Source of the DNA: Bacteroidota bacterium | Lineage (GTDB): Bacteria > Bacteroidota > Bacteroidia > Bacteroidales > VadinHA17 | Assembly (NCBI GenBank): GCA_037127735.1 | Contig: JBAXXU010000003.1 | Span: forward strand, 229 to 64,228 | DNA: 64,000 nucleotides | Direction: 5' to 3' | Shown: in pieces, positions 8,736 through 18,145 of the stretch | How positions within the stretch are numbered: the stretch's first letter is position 1 | Layout: each line of letters opens with the position of its first letter | Translations under genes and position numbers: made by a program | The notes under the pieces: generated by a model | What the model was told of the DNA's origin: nothing | The model's database searches: none | The model's input: only the letters and a program-made list of their open reading frames with translations

Positions 8736-9944
8736 ATGTTCTTCGTCTTTCTATTGGTATCTGTTACATTGTTTAGCTGCCGCAATGGTGAGACTGTTGA
8801 AAAAGGCAAACCTGTTAGCCATACATTCCTGATTCCACCTGACTACCTTCGCGAACCGGATTCAATTCCGGTTTTCTGGATCACCACTGTCGATGATGTT
8901 AATGAATTCCTTAAAAAAACTGTTCATAAAGGAACGTTGGAGGTCATTGGTACTTCTGCCGGCGGCAGACCTATTAACGCTGTATTTTATGGAAAAGCGC
9001 GGCAGGGAAAAGGGACCACAACATTCTCAGGATCTCTTGGTTTTGAGGATGTAGGCGCGTACCGTGGGCCAGATCATAATAAAACAGTCTATATGGGTAT
9101 GGCATCAGTACATGGAGGAGAGTTTGAGGGAATAGTCGGAATGGTGAACCTCATCTCAGTGATCGAAACAGGTACAGATTTAAGGGGGAAGGATTGGCCG
9201 GGTATCACTGATATAGTTGCAAAACTCGACCGACTTATTCTTATACCGATAGTAAATCCAGACGGCAGGGAACGTATCCCATTACGCATGGAGTTATACC
9301 GCGATACCGATTTCAGGATTGCCGAATATCTGAACACAGGTGGTAATGCCGAAGGGAAAATTACCGGATGGCCTCAGATTAAAGAGTTTATTCCTATGGA
9401 TTTCTCGCGTCCGGGTTTCCCGGGTGGTTATCCAAACGATGCAGGTGTGAACATTCAGCACGATAATTTTTTGGGTGATATTCAGCCGGAGACACAAGCC
9501 TTGTTTAACCTTACAGAAAGAGAAAAACCTGACCTCATTATTAACTTGCATACAGGCGCTGTATATATGAGAATGGACCGTCCTTTGGGAGAGCCGGCTC
9601 TGCATCCTGCATTCGATACCCTCTTCAGATATGTTCATTCAGAGCTTGCAATCAATGGGTTACAGTACACTAACGACCCAAAGATCGAAGGTGACCCTGG
9701 TCAGACTTCAACAGGCGTTTACAACCTCGACGGAGCTCTTAACTGGCATTGCGGTGCTTTGAGTGTTGTTGTGGAATCACCAAGCCATGGGTTTGCAGGA
9801 AAAAACGAAACAGGTGGGCTTGCTTTTCAAACACCTGACATGCTTCTTGATGCACAACTAATATGCCATCAGCAGGCAATGAAGTTCCTTGCTGAAACAG
9901 GCGGACGTTCTAAATGGTTACCGGGCAGGAAACAACTACCCTAA
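8736..9944 (+). CDS. M14-like zinc carboxypeptidase-fold lipoprotein (could be a deacylase)
   Basis: HGGE ... IVNPDGRE ... NLHTG ligand-like pattern. The ORF opens at 8619, but the ATG at 8736 gives a lipoprotein signal (MFFVFLLVSVTLFSC). Confidence 0.55.
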   Translation: MFFVFLLVSVTLFSCRNGETVEKGKPVSHTFLIPPDYLREPDSIPVFWITTVDDVNEFLKKTVHKGTLEVIGTSAGGRPINAVFYGKARQGKGTTTFSGSLGFEDVGAYRGPDHNKTVYMGMASVHGGEFEGIVGMVNLISVIETGTDLRGKDWPGITDIVAKLDRLILIPIVNPDGRERIPLRMELYRDTDFRIAEYLNTGGNAEGKITGWPQIKEFIPMDFSRPGFPGGYPNDAGVNIQHDNFLGDIQPETQALFNLTEREKPDLIINLHTGAVYMRMDRPLGEPALHPAFDTLFRYVHSELAINGLQYTNDPKIEGDPGQTSTGVYNLDGALNWHCGALSVVVESPSHGFAGKNETGGLAFQTPDMLLDAQLICHQQAMKFLAETGGRSKWLPGRKQLP

Positions 9945-9972
9945 ACCTTAAACCTTAAACCCTAAACCCTTA
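9939..9972. repeat. Tandem heptamer repeat CCCTAAA/CCTTAAA, about 4.8 copies
   Basis: ccctaaa ccttaaa ccttaaa ccctaaa ccctta. It spans the TAA stop (9942-9944) of the M14-like gene and ends 5 nt before the next ATG (9978). Confidence 0.9.
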
Positions 9973-9977
9973 TAACT

Positions 9978-11630
9978 ATGAAAAATTTCATCACAAAAAA
10001 GTCAAAGATCGCTCTTTTATCAGCGATTGCTATTATGTTATTCAGTTCAACATTTGCCCAGCCTTTGTGGGATGCTGCCAACAAGAATAAAGATGTTCTG
10101 AGAATTTCTACTCTTTTTACAGCTCAGGACGTCAGGGATCACCTTACAACCACTGAAGGTCTGGAAAAAGCTGTAAAATGGTGCAAGGAAACCGGCTTGA
10201 CAAGGGTATTCATTGAATCCTTCCGCGATGGATATTATGCCGAAAAAGAGACCATGATCCGAGCCAGAGACCGCTTCAAAAAGGAAGGGTTTGATGTTGC
10301 AGGATGTGTTACCCCGGTAAATGTTGGTAAAAATGGCGTCGGCGGTTGGGAAATTGTTGCCTGCTATACCAATGAAAAGACAGTTGTAGAGTTTGAGAAG
10401 ATTTTCGAATATACTGCTTCAATATTCGATTTAATTATGATCGATGATTTTCTATTCACCGAATGCACATGTGAAGATTGTGCAGATGCGCGGGGAGACA
10501 AGACATGGTCACAATTCCGTTGCGATTATATGGTTGAATTCAGCCGCGAACATATTATTAAACCTGCAAAAGCTGCCAATCCCAATGCAAAGATTATTAT
10601 CAAGTACCCTCAATGGTACGATAATTTCCATGAACGTGGATACGAGGTTGTACGTCAGAGCAAAGATTTTGATTATACATGGGTTGGCACTGAAACACGC
10701 GACTATGATTATGATGTAAGTCCAGGAGGAGAAGTCCAGTACAATGCATTCTTCATTATGAGATGGCTTGACGGTATTGGTGGAGGAAAGGCCGGAGGTG
10801 GATGGATCGATGCTTTGGGAACCACCCCAAAGTTCTATGTTGAACAGGCTCGCCAGACCGTACTGGGTAATGGGCGGGAGATTATGCTTTTCCATTACGG
10901 CAGTCTTCTTACCGAAATGAATAACTATGATGGGAAACAGGGTACCCCGATAGCTGATGTGGATGCGCTGAAGAAAGAGATACCTCTGTTGTTCGACCTG
11001 GCAAGAACTATCAAAGGCAAACCATTAAAAGGCATCTACCTGCCAAAACTGCCAAACAGCGAGCCTGTGAATGAAAAGTATATCTTCAGTTTCTTCGGGA
11101 TGCTGGGGCTTCCTCTTGTCCCGGGTCATGAACTGACAAGCAATAATGGATCAGCAATTTATACCACTCATGCGCTCAAAGAACCTGGTTTTTCAGGTAA
11201 ACTCTCCGGTATTCTGAGCTCAGGTAAATCTGTTCTTATTACCGAAGAGCTTGCAAAACGGCTGAGTGATCAGAAAATTCTTGAAAATAAGAATCTTATA
11301 GTGTTAAAAGTAGGTGGTGACCCTCAAAAACTTCTGAAACTGACACGCGAAGAGCTTAAACCAATCAGGGATAAACTGATGGCTCCCATGGGAATGAAAT
11401 TTGATGCGCCTGACAAGGTAAGCTTATACCTGGTAGGAGATAACTGCTTTATTATTGAGAACTTTAATGATACTGCAGTTGATGTTACTCTTGAAATGCC
11501 AAAATTAACATCAGTTGAAACTATGCTGACTCTGCCAGCAGATGGTAAATCGATTGTTTCAAAGAATAGTAATATTATACGCGTTAAAGAACTCTCGCCA
11601 AGAACACTGGTTGCTTATGAATATAAGTAG
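9978..11630 (+). CDS. Secreted protein of unknown function (possible TIM-barrel glycosidase-like)
   Basis: Signal peptide (LLSAIAIMLFSSTFAQ). A 550-aa uninterrupted ORF inside a glycan cluster. No catalytic family recognised by eye. Confidence 0.65.
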   Translation: MKNFITKKSKIALLSAIAIMLFSSTFAQPLWDAANKNKDVLRISTLFTAQDVRDHLTTTEGLEKAVKWCKETGLTRVFIESFRDGYYAEKETMIRARDRFKKEGFDVAGCVTPVNVGKNGVGGWEIVACYTNEKTVVEFEKIFEYTASIFDLIMIDDFLFTECTCEDCADARGDKTWSQFRCDYMVEFSREHIIKPAKAANPNAKIIIKYPQWYDNFHERGYEVVRQSKDFDYTWVGTETRDYDYDVSPGGEVQYNAFFIMRWLDGIGGGKAGGGWIDALGTTPKFYVEQARQTVLGNGREIMLFHYGSLLTEMNNYDGKQGTPIADVDALKKEIPLLFDLARTIKGKPLKGIYLPKLPNSEPVNEKYIFSFFGMLGLPLVPGHELTSNNGSAIYTTHALKEPGFSGKLSGILSSGKSVLITEELAKRLSDQKILENKNLIVLKVGGDPQKLLKLTREELKPIRDKLMAPMGMKFDAPDKVSLYLVGDNCFIIENFNDTAVDVTLEMPKLTSVETMLTLPADGKSIVSKNSNIIRVKELSPRTLVAYEYK

Positions 11631-11705
11631 TTTATTTTATACTATTCCCGCTTTCTCGATTTCTACAATCGAAAATGTTACAGATTTTCTGAAAAAAGTA
11701 TTGTT

Positions 11706-13892
11706 ATGATGAAGACAAAAACCACTTTTATATTTTTTACGTGCTTACTTGGTTTATTGATGAATGCAGTGGCTCAGGAAAATCTAACACCTGCAGATCC
11801 CGAATATTATGCAATGGAGCGTCAGCAGATGCGGTTCGATGATTACCAGGTAATGTTGATCAATTACAGGGGATTTGTATGCCCGCGTCAGTACAGCATG
11901 ACATGTTTTACGAGTGTTCAGTTTCTGCCTGTTAGCGCTCCATCTTATACTTTTAATCTTAATTTTTTTGATAATAATACCGGAAAAACAGTAAGAGATG
12001 ATGTTCCGCAGATATGGGATGAGTGGATAGACGATGGTAAGGGAGACGATCCGCTTGCAGCTAATTTCAGGCCCAACTCTCCTTACATGATGGTTACTCA
12101 GGATGAAATGTGGCAACCAAATGCATATTTCAGATCAGGAACCTTTCATAAGGAGATTGACGGGAGATGGCTCAGCTTTTCCATCAATAGCATAACAAGT
12201 GTCTCATATAGTAATGATGAGGTGTTTCTAAAAATTATTATGAAAAACAGGAGTGAGAAACCGTTGAAACTTACTCTTATACCGCAACAGATAGCAAGCC
12301 AGATGTTCTTTGATGGGATGCCTGGTTCTGACAGCGCCAGACAGATTGATGTATTTACAATGGGAAGTGAACAGATGCATGCCAGGGTCTCATCTGATAT
12401 TGAAGCCATAAGCGACAAGGGTTTTGAACTTACATTGACTCCATCTGAATACACAACAGTCTATTTTTCGGTTCAGTTCTATCAGGCAGGCAAGAAAGCC
12501 CCCGCTATTGTTCAGAATGATATTAAGTTGCGAATGAATCAGGCTTATCAGGTAACAAGGGATAAGCTGAAATGGGCTTATGAAAATGTTCCTAAACTCG
12601 AAAGCTCCAATAAAAAGTTGCAGGAATACTATTACCGCTGCCTGTTGTCAGTTCTGATGAGCAGGTATGAAAATCCGAATTACATTACAAATCCTTTCTG
12701 GGCAGTCGGTTACTGGCCATTTACCATAAGTTGGGATAATTCTTATTCTTCCGATATTCTGGCAATGCTCGATCCCAAGAGTCTGAAGCAGGCTATTTTG
12801 ACTGATTTCCGCGAAGTGAAAATGAAAAAAACATACGTGAGCTGGAAGGGCGCTTTCTGGGATAATATTTATATACAGGAGCCATTTGCCCTGCAGATAA
12901 TGATAGAAGCATATCTCCGGCATACAGGCGACTATAGCCTGTTTAACGAACAGGCAGGTGACGCTACTGTATGGGAATGGATGAAGCGATGGGTTACTGA
13001 GCTAAAAACCAACTACACTAATAAGGATGGACTAATGGACGTAGGTTATGACACTCAGAAAATAATAGAGATACGCACCGATGGTTATAATCATGTCGTT
13101 CCTATTGTTAATGTTTTAACAGTTCATCTGCTGTACCGTATGTCGGAATGGTCAGGACTATTAAAGGACAAAGATGGTCCGGCCTATTTCAGAGATGCCG
13201 AAAAGCTTAAGGATCTTATGAATAGTAAACTCTGGAATGATGAAGAAGGCTGGTTCGACAACCTCTATCCTGACGGATCAAAAGAGGCAATATGGACAAA
13301 CCATCTGTTCGATGCATTGGGAACTGATTATCTGACCGGCACACAGGTTAATAAATTAGTTAGTCATCTTAGAGAAGGTGTTTTTCTTGGTAAATTCGGG
13401 GTCTATTCAATTGCCAGGAAAGACAGTATTCACTGGGATTTAATTGATTCCGACTGGGGCGGTGGCGGTCAATATGCCGGTATGCCGGGGCGTATATCAC
13501 GGAATCTCTATAAACAGGGTTTTGCAGAGATGGGGTGGGATATATTGAAGCGGCACATTCGCTATATAGACTATTTCCCTTATCTGCCTCAGAACCCCAA
13601 GACCGATTCTCCTGTGCAGGACAGGTCATCAATGCCTGTGGAGATTTCAGCAGGTGCAGGGATGGAGGCAATCATTTTCGGAACATTCGGAATAAATATC
13701 GGAAAGGATAAACTAACTATTACACCCAATACCCATGAAGAATTAGACGTGACTACTCTCCGCGATTTTAAATACAAAGGGAGATCTTACAATATTCAGA
13801 TTAATAAAGGAAATTTCTCGGTTTTTCAGGATGGAAAATTGATTGCGATCAGGCCATTTGGAGAATCGGTGGTTGTTAATGATGTGTTTTGA
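11706..13892 (+). CDS. Secreted protein of unknown function (possible six-hairpin GH63/MGH1-like glycosidase)
   Basis: Signal peptide (FTCLLGLLMNAVAQ). The segment FWAVGYWPFTISWDNSYSSDILAMLDP resembles the WDS-type motif of (alpha/alpha)6 glycosidases. This is a weak call. Confidence 0.55.
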   Translation: MMKTKTTFIFFTCLLGLLMNAVAQENLTPADPEYYAMERQQMRFDDYQVMLINYRGFVCPRQYSMTCFTSVQFLPVSAPSYTFNLNFFDNNTGKTVRDDVPQIWDEWIDDGKGDDPLAANFRPNSPYMMVTQDEMWQPNAYFRSGTFHKEIDGRWLSFSINSITSVSYSNDEVFLKIIMKNRSEKPLKLTLIPQQIASQMFFDGMPGSDSARQIDVFTMGSEQMHARVSSDIEAISDKGFELTLTPSEYTTVYFSVQFYQAGKKAPAIVQNDIKLRMNQAYQVTRDKLKWAYENVPKLESSNKKLQEYYYRCLLSVLMSRYENPNYITNPFWAVGYWPFTISWDNSYSSDILAMLDPKSLKQAILTDFREVKMKKTYVSWKGAFWDNIYIQEPFALQIMIEAYLRHTGDYSLFNEQAGDATVWEWMKRWVTELKTNYTNKDGLMDVGYDTQKIIEIRTDGYNHVVPIVNVLTVHLLYRMSEWSGLLKDKDGPAYFRDAEKLKDLMNSKLWNDEEGWFDNLYPDGSKEAIWTNHLFDALGTDYLTGTQVNKLVSHLREGVFLGKFGVYSIARKDSIHWDLIDSDWGGGGQYAGMPGRISRNLYKQGFAEMGWDILKRHIRYIDYFPYLPQNPKTDSPVQDRSSMPVEISAGAGMEAIIFGTFGINIGKDKLTITPNTHEELDVTTLRDFKYKGRSYNIQINKGNFSVFQDGKLIAIRPFGESVVVNDVF

Positions 13893-13972
13893 TGATTTAC
13901 CGGATTAACCCCTTCATTGTCCCCCAAAGAATAACCTGAAAAAGATGTAACATAATAGTAAAATCCATAACA

Positions 13973-15019
13973 ATGAACTTTGAACCAGATTATCGGCAAA
14001 TCGAGAAAGTCTTATTCAACGAACTCCCTCAAAGATTACCATTGTACGAACATCACATAGACATACCTTTTATTGAAAAGGTGCTGGGCAGGAAAATAAC
14101 TCTCCAGGGAAACAAGCCCGGTGATTATGAAGATTATTACCGGCAAATAAGTGCGTTTTGGAAAGATATGACCTATGATGCCTTTGATTACGAAGCCGCG
14201 ATCTGTGATATTCTACCGGGTCACGGTGCCATTATGGGTGGAATGGCAGGGCCAATACAAACCCGGGAGGATTTTAACAACTATCCATGGGCAGATATTC
14301 CAAAAATATTTTGGAAGACTTATACGCCACATTTCGAGGCAATTCGAAACGTCTTGCCTTCAGGAATGAGGGCTTATGGCGGTTGCGGTTATGGTATCTT
14401 TGAAGCAAGCCAGGATTTGACCGGTTATGAGCATTTGTGCATCATGCAGTGTATGGATCCTGATCTTTTTGCTGATCTTTTTAAAAAGATAGGAGACCTG
14501 TGGGAAACATTGTGGCAGGGCGTGATTGAAAAATATTCGGATATGTTTGTTTTTTTCAGGATGGGCGATGACCTTGGGTATAAAACTTCCACTTTACTTG
14601 ATCCTGATGTTATACGTCAGCATATTCTTCCGCAGTACAAGAGGGTTATTGATTTAGTACACCGTTCAGGAAAAAAGTTTTTACTCCATTCCTGTGGCAA
14701 TATTTTTCCACTCATGGATGATATCATAAATTTAGGTATTGATGCCAAACATTCTAATGAAGACCAGATAGCCCCGTTTGCAGACTGGGTCGAAAAATAT
14801 TCCGGTAGAATTGGCCTTTTCGGAGGCTTTGATTTGAATCTGCTTGTATTGGAAAAACCTGAAATAGTATATAAAACTGTTTTAGAGCATGGCACACTTT
14901 TCCGTGGCACAGCTAAAGGATACGGACTAGGTTCAGGCAATTCAATACCCGGCTATATCCCGGTTGAAGGGTTTCAGGCTATGATTGATGCAGCAAAAGA
15001 AATCAGACGTAGAGAATAA
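13973..15019 (+). CDS. Uroporphyrinogen decarboxylase (URO-D)-fold family protein, MtaA/CmuA-like
   Basis: The length, the N-terminus (ERLPLYEHHID-type) and LLHSCGN (H239-S-C241 at 14687-14695) are typical of URO-D-fold methyltransferase-like proteins. The distal Cys position reads GSGNSIP, so no Cys is present there. Confidence 0.65.
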   Translation: MNFEPDYRQIEKVLFNELPQRLPLYEHHIDIPFIEKVLGRKITLQGNKPGDYEDYYRQISAFWKDMTYDAFDYEAAICDILPGHGAIMGGMAGPIQTREDFNNYPWADIPKIFWKTYTPHFEAIRNVLPSGMRAYGGCGYGIFEASQDLTGYEHLCIMQCMDPDLFADLFKKIGDLWETLWQGVIEKYSDMFVFFRMGDDLGYKTSTLLDPDVIRQHILPQYKRVIDLVHRSGKKFLLHSCGNIFPLMDDIINLGIDAKHSNEDQIAPFADWVEKYSGRIGLFGGFDLNLLVLEKPEIVYKTVLEHGTLFRGTAKGYGLGSGNSIPGYIPVEGFQAMIDAAKEIRRRE

Positions 15020-15043
15020 ACAATTTAGAAACGGAAATTTTGA

Positions 15044-15136
15044 AAACGATTATTCTATATTTACACCTTTATCGCAGCTATTGGCGGTCTGCTATTTGGG
15101 CTCGATACTGCAGTTATAAACGGTGCGTTAACTTAA
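15044..15136 (+). pseudogene. Remnant of the 5' end of an MFS sugar-porter gene (about 30 codons, no start codon)
   Basis: It translates to KRLFYIYTFIAAIGGLLFGLDTAVINGALT*. This matches the N-terminal GGLLFGYDT.IINGA motif of the intact sugar porter at 24140. An in-frame TGA lies immediately upstream (15041-15043), and the GH38 gene starts at 15162. Confidence 0.7.
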
Positions 15137-15161
15137 TATCTCATGTAACTTCAATTTTAAT

Positions 15162-18047
15162 ATGAAGAAATTCAATCTGTTTATTTTGTTGTTTTTTGTC
15201 TTTTTCATTCAGAATAGCCGGGCGCAAAAAGAAGTCTCAATAAACTATTTCAAGCCTTACCAATACCAGTCTATTGATAATAAGCTTGTTGTAAAAGCCT
15301 GGTTTGACTGTAGTGAGCTGGGGAAAAATTTCTCTCTTTTTCTTGAAGGGAAAGAGACAGGCTTTACCGGGTCTGATTCAGGAACAGCCGAACTGTTTCT
15401 TCCATTAGTTGGGAAAACAGGGGAGATGGTTTTTTATGCCGGCCCGAAATCAGGTAATATTGTTTTGGTAAAACAGATTTTTACACCCCTTGTTTCATCC
15501 GATTGGGGCTATTTTGGCAAGGGTACAATTAATATTATCTGTTCTTCACACCAGGATATTGCCTGGATGAACACTCCGGATACATGTCGCCAGGAACGCA
15601 TTCATGAAATTATTATACCGGCACTCGATCTGATCGATAAAAATCCGGCTTTTAAGTTCGAGATGGAGCAAACCCTTAATCTGATGGAGGTTCTGGATGA
15701 AGTACCCTCAGAAAAGCAAAGGATTATAAGTGCATTCAAAAAGGGTCAGTTTACCTGGGGAGCCACCTTTAACCAGCCTTATGAAGGTCTGGAATCAGGT
15801 GAACAGATGGTAAGGCAAACTTACCTCGGACGAAAATGGATCATGGAAAATCTTCCCGGTATGGATGCCCTCGCTGCATACAATGTTGATGTGCCCGGCA
15901 GATCGTTGCAGTTTCCACAGATCCTTGAAAAAGCTGGTATTAAATATCTTTTTGTCAGTCGTATGAAAGAAGGCTTTTATAACTGGTTTAGCCCCGATGG
16001 TTCTAAGATTCTTACCTACAGTCCGGGTAATTATGGCTGGTCTTTACTTGTTTATAAATATTTCGAGGAGGATGCTATCACAGCCTTGCAGAAATTAAAT
16101 AAAGTAATTAAGAACTGGAATGAATATTATGCCGGCCGCAATATTCCTCCTCACTATGCTGTCGTAATCAGTACCGATGCAGGCGGACCAAAAGATTACA
16201 GTAAAATTATAACGGAATGGAATGACATAGCAAAGAGTTCAGGTTTTGATATTCCTCTTTTGCAACATTCCACTGCCGAGGAATTTCTTGGTAAAATTGA
16301 TGTACCGGAGGCAAAAATTGATTCTATCTCGGGCGAAAGACCCGACCTCTGGTTATATATTCATGGTCCGGCACATTACGAGGCTATAAAAGCAAAAAAA
16401 GCTGCCGGTGTAAGTTTGCCTGCTGCCGAAATTTTTAGTTCGATCAATGGCATGGTCAAGGGAACCATGGCAGGTTATCCTGCTGCTGAACTTAACAGAG
16501 GCTGGTATAAATCCACCTATCCCGATCATGGATGGGGTGGAAAACATGGAGAAATAACCGATAGTATTTTCAGGGCATCACTGGAAGAGGGAAATGCTGA
16601 AGGTGAGATGATACTTAAGGAATCGCTTATTAGTCTTTCATCTCAGGTGAATATAAAAAGTCCGAACAGTATATTGGTTTATAATGATTTATCGTGGACA
16701 AGGAATGCCATTTCAACCATTGATATTTCTGATAAAAAAGGTTCATCGTGGATTGTCTCAGATAACAGAGGGCAAATGATTCCAGCCCAGGTAGTTACTA
16801 AAGGAGCGCAGAAATCAATCTCTTTTATTGCTGAAAATATCCCCTCAATAGGGTATAAAACCTATTATCTGAAAAAGGGAGCCGCTAATCAGGTTAATGA
16901 GGTTAAAACAGGAGCCAATTATTACGAAAACAGGTTCTTTACTGTAGAATTTGGCGCGGGGGGAATCACAAAACTATTCGATAAGGAGCTCGGGAAAGAG
17001 GTATTCAATACTTTAAAATTTGCAGGCGGCGATTTGCTCAGCATGGGATATAACGGCAACGGCGCCGGCGAATTTGTGCAGGTCACCCCGACAAACATGG
17101 AGAACTACGAGACATTAAGCATGAAAGCAAGCAACTGGTCTTTAGTTGAAAATGGACCGGTTTTTTCAAAATATGAGTCATCGTACCGGCTGAAGAATTT
17201 CAGTGTCAGGCAGACAATCACCATTTATCACAATCTGAAAAAAATCGATTTTGAGTATGATATACCCGACTGGCCAGGCGAACATAACCGTCAGCTCAGG
17301 GTGGCTTTTCCTTTGAATATGGACGATTCACAGGTTACTTACGATGTTCCCATGGGTATTGTAAATATTGGTAAAGATGAACTTAAGATGTCACCGCGAG
17401 GGTGGGGTTGGGGAGGAACTTACAGGCAAATGCCGGCAGAGATAAATCCAAGAGAAATAGAAAATTTCATCTCGGCAAGTAATAGCATTTATGGAGTTAC
17501 TCTGTCAACCAACCTGGCAGTAGTTGACTGGATTGATCCTACCCGCGAATCGGTCTGTTACCCGGTACTGCAGGGAATATTGCTCTCTTCACATAAGAGC
17601 TGCCATGGAGAGGGAAACTGGTATCATCAGAAAGGGAGTCATCATTTCAAAATTTCATTTGCATCACATCAGCCGGGTTGGAAAAATGGTTATCATTTTG
17701 GGGTTGAGGGAAATCATCCTCTTTACTCAGTGATGAAAGATAAACCACAAAAAGGTACTCTTCCTGAGGAATTGAGCTTCGTATCCGTCTCTTCACCCTT
17801 TGTTCGTATTACTGCTTTGAAGAAAAGTGAAAATGATAACAGCCTGATAATCCGAATGATTGAGATGGAAGGAAAAGATAAGAAGGTTGATCTAAAACTC
17901 TGGTTCCCGGTTAAATCTCTTATAAAGACGAATCTGATTGAAGAAGAGCAAAAAGATAAAGGTCAGAGTGGTAAGGTGTTTAACCTCGATATCGGAAAGA
18001 ATTCAATTGAAACATTTAAACTAAAACTAGTGGTAAAAAAATATTAA
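15162..18047 (+). CDS. GH38-like alpha-mannosidase, secreted
   Basis: Signal peptide. ICSSHQDIAWM (the H.D metal motif of the GH38 N-domain), GEQMVRQTYLGRKW and DVPGRSLQFPQIL resemble GH38 core motifs. Paralogue of 18146..20836. Confidence 0.7.
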   Translation: MKKFNLFILLFFVFFIQNSRAQKEVSINYFKPYQYQSIDNKLVVKAWFDCSELGKNFSLFLEGKETGFTGSDSGTAELFLPLVGKTGEMVFYAGPKSGNIVLVKQIFTPLVSSDWGYFGKGTINIICSSHQDIAWMNTPDTCRQERIHEIIIPALDLIDKNPAFKFEMEQTLNLMEVLDEVPSEKQRIISAFKKGQFTWGATFNQPYEGLESGEQMVRQTYLGRKWIMENLPGMDALAAYNVDVPGRSLQFPQILEKAGIKYLFVSRMKEGFYNWFSPDGSKILTYSPGNYGWSLLVYKYFEEDAITALQKLNKVIKNWNEYYAGRNIPPHYAVVISTDAGGPKDYSKIITEWNDIAKSSGFDIPLLQHSTAEEFLGKIDVPEAKIDSISGERPDLWLYIHGPAHYEAIKAKKAAGVSLPAAEIFSSINGMVKGTMAGYPAAELNRGWYKSTYPDHGWGGKHGEITDSIFRASLEEGNAEGEMILKESLISLSSQVNIKSPNSILVYNDLSWTRNAISTIDISDKKGSSWIVSDNRGQMIPAQVVTKGAQKSISFIAENIPSIGYKTYYLKKGAANQVNEVKTGANYYENRFFTVEFGAGGITKLFDKELGKEVFNTLKFAGGDLLSMGYNGNGAGEFVQVTPTNMENYETLSMKASNWSLVENGPVFSKYESSYRLKNFSVRQTITIYHNLKKIDFEYDIPDWPGEHNRQLRVAFPLNMDDSQVTYDVPMGIVNIGKDELKMSPRGWGWGGTYRQMPAEINPREIENFISASNSIYGVTLSTNLAVVDWIDPTRESVCYPVLQGILLSSHKSCHGEGNWYHQKGSHHFKISFASHQPGWKNGYHFGVEGNHPLYSVMKDKPQKGTLPEELSFVSVSSPFVRITALKKSENDNSLIIRMIEMEGKDKKVDLKLWFPVKSLIKTNLIEEEQKDKGQSGKVFNLDIGKNSIETFKLKLVVKKY

Positions 18048-18058
18048 ACACTAAGTCG

Positions 18059-18100
18059 CACAAAGGGTTACACAAAGGGTTACACAAAGGCTCACAAAGT
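18059..18100. repeat. Four direct CACAAAG-core repeats (periods 12, 12, 10 nt)
   Basis: cacaaagggtta cacaaagggtta cacaaaggct cacaaagt, located just 3' of the first GH38 gene. Confidence 0.85.
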
Positions 18101-18145
18101 TTATGAATAAAGAAGTAAGATTGTTAAATTTAAAACTATAACATA

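Noticed and set aside
9939-9972. Telomere or linear-replicon end, suggested by CCCTAAA repeats.
   Set aside because: There are fewer than five copies, the array is mixed with CCTTAAA variants, and it sits between two tightly spaced co-directional genes. It is a simple intergenic microsatellite.
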